From a virus, in IMG/VR virus record IMGVR_UViG_3300044846_002555, positions 78,860-142,859 of that record: a DNA stretch of 64,000 bases; one strand, 5' to 3'. The translations under genes were made by a program, and so were the position numbers. Shown here one piece after another: positions 57,621-64,000 of the stretch. How positions within the stretch are numbered: the first letter of the stretch is position 1; the number at the start of each line of letters is the position of its first letter. The notes under the pieces are model-generated. The model was not told the origin of the DNA. It searched no databases and saw only the letters and a program-made list of their open reading frames with translations.

Positions 57621-58364
57621 ATGACAACTACCACTACTACAACCATTTCAAGAGTTAGAAATTACGAAGGTTCTGACAAATTTTTATTAAATCTTAAATC
57701 ATCTTTACAAAAATGGGGTAATTTAACTCCAAAACAACTTGAATTCGCTGAAAAAGCACTTAAAAGTGTTCAAACTGTAAATGTTGAGACTATGTCTGAA
57801 GATTTACAAAAGATTGCGAAATACGATGGTCCAAGTGAATTTGTTAATGATATCAAAAGTAAATTAATGAAGTACGGAACTTTGTCTGATAAACAGGTTA
57901 ACGCGTCTCTTAATCAAATTCAAAAAGATATTGATAAGGCGAACACTCACAAAATGAGAATTCCTACTCCGGGAGAGACTATTACTGTTGGACGTAAGAT
58001 TGGACAACAAATGAAGGAAACTTATGGTTTAGAGTTTAACCCAATGATTATTGATATCACTAAGTTGTTAGCGGTTTCACCAAAGGCGGTTAAGTTCTCA
58101 GGGAAGATGACAACAGGAAGAAGTAAAGTTTGTAGATGTTGTGCTAAAACATTGACTGATGAGTTCTCAATGTTAACCGGAGTTGGAAAAACTTGTGCAA
58201 CACATATGAGAATCCCTTACATCACTGATGTAACTCAAGCTGACAGATTCCGTGAGGATTACTTGAGAAGAGTAGATGAGATTGGTGAAATGGAGTTTTG
58301 GGTGCCAAAAGCACAATTGAAAAAATGGGAAGGTAAAACAGAAGTAGTATTACAAATGATATAA
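57621..58364 (+). CDS. DUF6011-like zinc-finger protein
   Basis: CRCCAKTLTDEFSMLTGVGKTCA; duplicated LTPKQ/LSDKQ modules. Confidence 0.65.
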   Translation: MTTTTTTTISRVRNYEGSDKFLLNLKSSLQKWGNLTPKQLEFAEKALKSVQTVNVETMSEDLQKIAKYDGPSEFVNDIKSKLMKYGTLSDKQVNASLNQIQKDIDKANTHKMRIPTPGETITVGRKIGQQMKETYGLEFNPMIIDITKLLAVSPKAVKFSGKMTTGRSKVCRCCAKTLTDEFSMLTGVGKTCATHMRIPYITDVTQADRFREDYLRRVDEIGEMEFWVPKAQLKKWEGKTEVVLQMI

Positions 58365-58366
58365 AG

Positions 58367-58702
58367 ATGAATCCGTATCCAAAACCTTTACAGTTATTAT
58401 TAACAGAGATATATAAGGAGTTTCCTCACATGAGGAGACATCCTGAATATCGTTTTTATTATCTTCATTATGGTTATCCTAAAAATAGGGAGTATTTTAT
58501 TGTTTTAACAAATTCAATACCGGAATCTGAAGATGATGAATTCGTATCTTATGTAAGTCAAATGGGTTCTGTTTTTGGTTTTATTGAAGGGGTGCTTATG
58601 AAACCTGATGATTTTGAAAAACATATTATGAAACCAATCAATGAAAGTATAAATGAATTACGTGGTAGTGAGTTCAAAACTTTCGGATATGAGGTGTGGT
58701 AA
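58367..58702 (+). CDS. hypothetical protein
   Basis: 111-aa ORF. Confidence 0.5.
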   Translation: MNPYPKPLQLLLTEIYKEFPHMRRHPEYRFYYLHYGYPKNREYFIVLTNSIPESEDDEFVSYVSQMGSVFGFIEGVLMKPDDFEKHIMKPINESINELRGSEFKTFGYEVW

Positions 58703-58757
58703 TTTGACTTTTGAAAAAAAATGACTATAATATACAAACAAACAATAAAACAAATTT

Positions 58758-59195
58758 ATGAACGTTAAAAAAGCTCTTAAAGAAAAAAACCGATTGGTTA
58801 AAGAAATCCAAGAACTTTATGTTAGATTGTCTCAGTACAATTCAGTTGAGGTTGGAAATGTGAGACCATATTCTCCTAAAGATATGCTTGAGCAAATCAA
58901 TGAGAAAAGTAATGAGTTAGTGGAACTTAAAACCAAAATCCACAAGGCTAACACTCCGGTGTATGATAAAATATTCAGATTGTCTGAATTAAAATCTACA
59001 ATCTCAAGATTAAAATCTTTGGATTGTTCTGAAGGTGTGAGTAATGATTACTATTCAAGAAATAGAGAGAATCCACCGGTAAAAACTGCTGAGGTATCAG
59101 TGGTTGATAGAGATGAAATGGTTAAAGTAATGGAAGGAATGATTGAAGACCTTCAGGATATTTTGGATAACCATAATCAGAATACCGAAATATAA
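58758..59195 (+). CDS. DIP1984/DUF6847-like coiled-coil protein
   Basis: KKALKEKNRL...YNSVEVG...LVELKTKIHKAN...LQDILDNHN pattern. Confidence 0.65.
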   Translation: MNVKKALKEKNRLVKEIQELYVRLSQYNSVEVGNVRPYSPKDMLEQINEKSNELVELKTKIHKANTPVYDKIFRLSELKSTISRLKSLDCSEGVSNDYYSRNRENPPVKTAEVSVVDRDEMVKVMEGMIEDLQDILDNHNQNTEI

Positions 59196-59196
59196 T

Positions 59197-59385
59197 ATGG
59201 GTGGGGATGTAGAATTTGATAAATGTGATTTTTGTCAAATTGAAAAACCGGTAGGTAGAACATATTTACGACCAAGTAAGTATGTTAAACCTGAAAATCC
59301 GGAGGAATATCTAAAATTAGATAATGAAGGAAATTATTTCATCATCGTTAAAACTTGTTTTGATTGTGGTGAACCTAAAATATAG
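59197..59385 (+). CDS. small zinc-finger protein
   Basis: CDFC...CFDC; ATG 1 nt after the upstream stop. Confidence 0.55.
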   Translation: MGGDVEFDKCDFCQIEKPVGRTYLRPSKYVKPENPEEYLKLDNEGNYFIIVKTCFDCGEPKI

Positions 59386-59576
59386 TTCAGAGTTCGGGAG
59401 AAATTTAATAAGACAAGATGGTAACTACCATTTCCTTACAAATTATTCAGAGAGCATTGATAAATGATTGTGATAAAGACGGACATTAAAACCTCAAGAT
59501 TCAAATTTTCAAACCTAAACGGTCAAAACTTAAAACTCTTTTAGTATTTTATTATTGAACTTCCAACCTGACTATA
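59381..59576 (+). ncRNA. candidate ~195-nt structured ncRNA
   Basis: ~25-bp end-to-end helix, internal hairpin, periodic YAAA tract, terminator immediately 3'. Confidence 0.6.
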
Positions 59577-59578
59577 AA

Positions 59579-59606
59579 AAAACCCCTTGAGAAATCAGGG
59601 GGTTTT
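59579..59606. terminator. bidirectional terminator
   Basis: aaaaccccttga-gaaa-tcagggggtttt. Confidence 0.85.
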
Positions 59607-59612
59607 GTATTT

Positions 59613-60311
59613 TTAGAATCTTATTTCGTAATTTAAGTCAACACTTTGTTCCTCTTCGGTGTTATAATTAAAGTCAAAGAATATTGTTTTATTACCTGAA
59701 TTAAATTCCCAACTTCCTTGAGCACCTTCATTATTTTCCCATCCTGCGTGATTACCATTTAAAATTGAATATAATAATTCTTCAATAGGTTTTGGTATGT
59801 CTTCTTGTTCTCCATCAACAGTCATATCATCTTCAATATAACCATCGTCACCACCACCACTAAAATCAACTCTTGCATCTCTACCATCTAAATAAGTAAA
59901 TAATTCTTCAACGGCTTTTGCGGCATCTTCACCATATTCGTCTTCAATATTTTCTAAAGTATATTCATTACCATATGGGTCAGTTCCATAGATAGTTTCA
60001 TAAGCGTTGATAATTAAACTTTTTTCTTTACAATCAATCTCAACTTCAATTCTTTGTGAACCATCACATTCATTAAAATGATTTATAATTGATTCGTCAT
60101 CAACTAATTTTTCAATAAGTTCATCTATTCTATCATAACCTTCTATACCTCCATTTACATCACGGGAATACCATCTATCATCTTCCCAATCTTTGTCACA
60201 AGCTGATAAATAATATGTTTTATAAACACTATCGGCTCCGTATGAGCGACAATAGTATGCGAATAGTTGTAAGGTTTTTAATTCATCCGGTGTTAATTGT
60301 GGTATATTCAT
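59613..60311 (-). CDS. DUF6878-like protein
   Basis: VDFSGGGDDGYIE...GWENNEGAQG. Confidence 0.65.
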   Translation of the reverse strand: MNIPQLTPDELKTLQLFAYYCRSYGADSVYKTYYLSACDKDWEDDRWYSRDVNGGIEGYDRIDELIEKLVDDESIINHFNECDGSQRIEVEIDCKEKSLIINAYETIYGTDPYGNEYTLENIEDEYGEDAAKAVEELFTYLDGRDARVDFSGGGDDGYIEDDMTVDGEQEDIPKPIEELLYSILNGNHAGWENNEGAQGSWEFNSGNKTIFFDFNYNTEEEQSVDLNYEIRF

Positions 60312-60334
60312 AAATCTTTTTTACTATAAATATA

Positions 60335-60685
60335 TTAATCTACGTTTATGTCCATAGTTCGGGTCATCCAAACAGGTTTTTCTTTTGCATCCATTGCTAA
60401 TATCCATTCACGAGGTGTTGGAACGTAATTGAAACAATCTTCTTTTATATGGTCGGTTAATATATAACGTGTATAAACAACTTTCCCATCTGAGTTGGTA
60501 AAGTGACTACCAAACCTTTGTTCTGCTTCGTGAATACCCATACTATGATGTCTGAACATTCTGTGTATTGAGTGTGGCACCCAAAGTTTGCTTTCGTCTA
60601 GCCATTCGTGAAGGAATAGATAGTCGGTGTATAGTCCGCCATATTTTTTTACGGATGATTTTGCGTGAATTACTGCGTGTGACAT
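60335..60685 (-). CDS. DUF6915-like His-rich protein
   Basis: HAKSSVKKYGG, HEWLDESK, HRMFRHH, HIKED. Confidence 0.75.
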   Translation of the reverse strand: MSHAVIHAKSSVKKYGGLYTDYLFLHEWLDESKLWVPHSIHRMFRHHSMGIHEAEQRFGSHFTNSDGKVVYTRYILTDHIKEDCFNYVPTPREWILAMDAKEKPVWMTRTMDINVD

Positions 60686-60735
60686 TTCTATAGTTTTAAC
60701 TATTTATAATTATAATTTAACAAACGAAATAATAA

Positions 60736-61266
60736 ATGAAACTTATATTAACAGAATCTAAATACAAAAATATATTATTTAAATATTGGGACAAAACCGG
60801 TGGTAAAGTTGATAAAAATTTTATTTCTTTGTTTGGAGTAGGTGGTGGTGGTAGTGATATTACATATAACCAAGCATATAAGTACCTTATCCAATGGAGA
60901 GGTGAAAAACAATCTAAAGAACTTGCAAAAACTTTATTACTTCAGAACCCACACCACGTAGATAATTTTGGGTCATATGATTTTTTCTTTGAGGTTACAG
61001 ATATTAAAAATTGGAGATTAAATGAGGATGAACCAAATGTTGTGGTTAAAGTAAAGGTTGATGATTTGGGTGGTCATCTTGATATAGACGGTGACCATAA
61101 AACATTAGAAGATGCTTTGGATAATGATGATTACGGATGGGAGATTGATGATGAGGTTAATTGGGGTGTTAATGATTACTTCAAGGATAATATCACATCA
61201 CAAACAGGAATAAATATTATATTTGATAGACCAAAATATAGTAGTAGAATTTTTAATTTAAGTTAA
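60736..61266 (+). CDS. hypothetical protein with ILTES leader
   Basis: TATTTAT at 60701. Confidence 0.6.
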   Translation: MKLILTESKYKNILFKYWDKTGGKVDKNFISLFGVGGGGSDITYNQAYKYLIQWRGEKQSKELAKTLLLQNPHHVDNFGSYDFFFEVTDIKNWRLNEDEPNVVVKVKVDDLGGHLDIDGDHKTLEDALDNDDYGWEIDDEVNWGVNDYFKDNITSQTGINIIFDRPKYSSRIFNLS

Positions 61267-61268
61267 TT

Positions 61269-62306
61269 ATGAGTGAAAAATATTTAAAATACGTAAACGA
61301 CTTTATTACAGGTGATATTGACCATCTGATTGATATGTTTGATAGTATGGAAAACATATTAAGGTTTTTCCATAAAAAAGATTTATTACAATACATTGAC
61401 CCATTTGATACTGACGTAGAAGATTATCAGTTAGAGATATTAAATTATTTACTAAATGTGGTAAATGATAAAAAAACATTAGAGTATTGTGTTGCTCAAC
61501 TATCTGATGTAATACCTACAGATGATGGTTATTACATGAGAGTCCAAGATAGAGAGGACTTTGCTGAGTTATTTAATGATAGAGGTCGTGACACCACAGC
61601 TAAAGATGTTGCCAAAGCGGTGTTAGGTGAAGATAATGATATATTTGATAGGTGGGGTAATACAACAGATGATATCTATAGAGATGTTATTGAAGAACTT
61701 AATCCGGAAAATATAGAACGATTAAAAAAACATATGTTGGATATATTAACCAATTGGAAAATTGAGGTTGATGATGAGACGCCTGATTTATTTAACAATT
61801 ATTCTGAAGATGGTGTTTTTTATTTAACACCTGAAAATGTAGGTGATGTAATTGGGGATAAGGAATCGTTTATGTATTTAATTGATAATGATTATTTAGA
61901 TGATTTAGAAAGTGATTTAGCTAATGTTCATTCAAATGCTTATAATAGTGCGTATGAGACAGAAATATATAATGATGTTACTAGTGAATTGGAAACATTC
62001 TTTGATATGAAAAGTGCTAAATGGGAGGCGTCTCCTTCATTTAAAGGTTCTCAAAAATTAACAGAATTTTACTATGTTAAATTTAATCCGGGTGAGGTTG
62101 TTAATTCTATTCACAAATATGTTGAGGACAAAAATAATTGGGGGTATTATGATTATAATCTTAATAGTGTTAATACTTGGATAAATATGATGAATACTTT
62201 TATGGAAAATGGGGATGAACCATATCTTGACTTTAGAATTCCGGATTACCCTGATTTTCGTTTAGTAGATAAATATATAAATGAGTTTTTACCTGATTAT
62301 ATATAA
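61269..62306 (+). CDS. acidic hypothetical protein
   Basis: 345-aa D/E-rich ORF. Confidence 0.6.
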   Translation: MSEKYLKYVNDFITGDIDHLIDMFDSMENILRFFHKKDLLQYIDPFDTDVEDYQLEILNYLLNVVNDKKTLEYCVAQLSDVIPTDDGYYMRVQDREDFAELFNDRGRDTTAKDVAKAVLGEDNDIFDRWGNTTDDIYRDVIEELNPENIERLKKHMLDILTNWKIEVDDETPDLFNNYSEDGVFYLTPENVGDVIGDKESFMYLIDNDYLDDLESDLANVHSNAYNSAYETEIYNDVTSELETFFDMKSAKWEASPSFKGSQKLTEFYYVKFNPGEVVNSIHKYVEDKNNWGYYDYNLNSVNTWINMMNTFMENGDEPYLDFRIPDYPDFRLVDKYINEFLPDYI

Positions 62307-62671
62307 TGGACACTGAAGATAAAATAAATAAGTTAGCTGAATTAATCCGTCAAATTGTTGATAAAGACAACAAAATGGAAGGACAATACAGCATGCCTTA
62401 TTCAACATCAGAAGATGATTATGCTGATTGGAAAGTGACGTTTAAAGTAATCCGTGTAAGTTTATGGGAAAGTAAAAAATATAACCAATGTAAATATGGA
62501 GCGTCTGTTTATCTTAAAGCAGATGTTATGGTTGGATTTAATGGTGATTGGGAAGGTAAATTTAACATATGGGATTTACCAAGTTGGGTTAAAGATGATG
62601 TTGAAGATAAAATATTAGATAATATTGACCAATTTTTACCTATGGTCTGTTCTGATTTAACTTTTGTTTAA
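62306..62671 (+). CDS. hypothetical protein
   Basis: 121-aa ORF. Confidence 0.55.
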   Translation: MDTEDKINKLAELIRQIVDKDNKMEGQYSMPYSTSEDDYADWKVTFKVIRVSLWESKKYNQCKYGASVYLKADVMVGFNGDWEGKFNIWDLPSWVKDDVEDKILDNIDQFLPMVCSDLTFV

Positions 62672-63339
62672 GTTAAACCATTGCCAAAAGTATCGAAATA
62701 TCCAATTATTGGTGAGATAAACATATAATCGTGGTCAAGAAGATTTGGTTCATCATAGATTACTCTCATCACATCTGAAATAATGTCTTGTTCTTGTTCA
62801 TTAGAGTCGTCATCATATATAAAACTTTGAATAAAATCCTGCAATTCGTCGTCATCAACGTCAACACCATCAATTTTAGGATTAAATAATTCTAAATCTA
62901 AATGGAAGTAAAGTGCTTCGGTGTCCGGATATTCTAAAGACCAATTTTTTACAACACATTCAGAATCTAAAATAACACTACCATCCGCTAATTTTATTTT
63001 ATCAAGATTTTCTAATGCGTTATTTATCTTATTTCTAGTATTTTTACTAACATATACATCTTCTTTACTTAATCTACAATAATCTTTAGATAGTTGTGAC
63101 CAATCAAGACCATTGTTTGCGTTAGTGATAGTAGCTAAACCGGCTAATGACAAAAACTCGTGTAACATTTCTTCAAGATGACCTTCAACGACATTTGTTG
63201 CAAATGAAACATCGTTAGGGTTTTCATATTCCCATCTTATCTTATCATCAATCATAAATGGATGTAACACTAATCCATAAATAATAGTTGGTTTTTTAAG
63301 TTTGTTGTAGTATAATTTTATTAATCTTTGTGATACCAT
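62668..63339 (-). CDS. hypothetical protein
   Basis: 223-aa ORF; ATAAATA 63344-63350. Confidence 0.6.
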   Translation of the reverse strand: MVSQRLIKLYYNKLKKPTIIYGLVLHPFMIDDKIRWEYENPNDVSFATNVVEGHLEEMLHEFLSLAGLATITNANNGLDWSQLSKDYCRLSKEDVYVSKNTRNKINNALENLDKIKLADGSVILDSECVVKNWSLEYPDTEALYFHLDLELFNPKIDGVDVDDDELQDFIQSFIYDDDSNEQEQDIISDVMRVIYDEPNLLDHDYMFISPIIGYFDTFGNGLT

Positions 63340-63379
63340 AACAATAAATATACATATTTATCAAATATATAACAAGAAT

Positions 63380-63868
63380 ATGAAGGACAGAAAAAAAATA
63401 TTGAATGATTTAATAACTAAAGGTGGTTTATCTTCCGCGGCTAATTTGACCGGATTGTCCAACCTTGAATTAATTAAACGAAGTGATTGTTATATTGATA
63501 CAAAAATGGCGAACGATATTATTCCTGATTTAATTAGAGAGAAAATATTTCCAAAAAAATACAAAAATTGTGAAATAACTTTTGATAGAATGAGTGGTGT
63601 AGTTGAGTGGATTTGTGTTTGGGATAAAGAAACTACATATACATATGCGACACCTTTTTGGGATGTTGAGTTAGGAATACCTGTCGATACTACTGCTTAT
63701 ATGGATGGTTTAGGTAATGAATTTAATGATAATCAATTTACTAATATAAAATGGGGTGAGGGGTTTGATAATCTTGCTTTATACGATAGATGGATAAGAA
63801 GATTTTATTTACCGCAGGTTCACAATGTAATTCAAAAACATTTGGAAGAATATCGTATTAATTCATAG
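63380..63868 (+). CDS. hypothetical protein
   Basis: YATPFWD motif; TATTTAT 63355. Confidence 0.6.
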   Translation: MKDRKKILNDLITKGGLSSAANLTGLSNLELIKRSDCYIDTKMANDIIPDLIREKIFPKKYKNCEITFDRMSGVVEWICVWDKETTYTYATPFWDVELGIPVDTTAYMDGLGNEFNDNQFTNIKWGEGFDNLALYDRWIRRFYLPQVHNVIQKHLEEYRINS

Positions 63869-63869
63869 T

Positions 63870-64000
63870 TTAGATTCTAACAACTCCGTTACTATCTCTA
63901 TTAATTAATTCAGGGTTTTCATTCATATGAAATAAAAATGTATCACCATTTTCATAACCTTCATACTCTTCTGATATTTCATAATATTCTCTCATGATTA
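63870..64000 (-). CDS. 3' end of a truncated CDS
   Basis: open frame ...REYYEISEEYEGYENGDTFLFHMNENPELINRDSNGVVRI* running off the window. Confidence 0.45.
   Translation of the reverse strand, partial: IMREYYEISEEYEGYENGDTFLFHMNENPELINRDSNGVVRI

Noticed and set aside
1-64000. Eukaryotic giant virus or cellular origin, suggested by LRR, plant-like GT and DnaJ
   Set aside because: Sigma70, bacterial promoters, intrinsic terminators, DnaG-type primase and overlapping operons indicate a bacteriophage.

Overview
AT-rich (roughly 30% GC), densely coding 64 kb segment of a large lytic dsDNA (jumbo/T4-like) phage read in the standard bacterial code. A Bacteroidota host is inferred from exact TTTG-N19/20-TATCTTTG promoters, a Bacteroidota-type sigma70, an Hc1-like histone and SprB repeats. 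1-15.6 kb: minus-strand virion/fibre module (Pro-Thr linker proteins, 1723-aa Gly/Cys-rich repeat fibre, RuvC, a plant HPAT/SERGT-like glycosyltransferase). 15.7-28 kb: primase, PD-(D/E)XK nuclease, Mre11/Rad50, type IIG-like R-M enzyme, sigma factor. 28-33.6 kb: membrane/lysis-like genes and putative head-internal proteins. The rest is accessory genes (DnaJ, two more DNA methylases, Trx/Grx, DHH, Nudix, CCA enzyme, RmlC, ferritin-like). Best leads: (1) a DIP1984-family gene co-transcribed with a ~195-nt structured non-coding RNA carrying periodic YAAA repeats; (2) an HPAT/SERGT-like O-glycosyltransferase among PT-repeat virion proteins; (3) a catalytically dead MetK-like protein; (4) a TATTTAT putative late regulon whose products share (I/L/V)-x-E leaders suggestive of capsid-packaged cargo; (5) a stand-alone small RNA resembling the 16S anti-Shine-Dalgarno tail; (6) CCGG enrichment with apparent GATC absence. 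No tRNA, rRNA, CRISPR array, integrase or reverse transcriptase was recognised. All family calls come from motifs recognised by eye, not from database searches.
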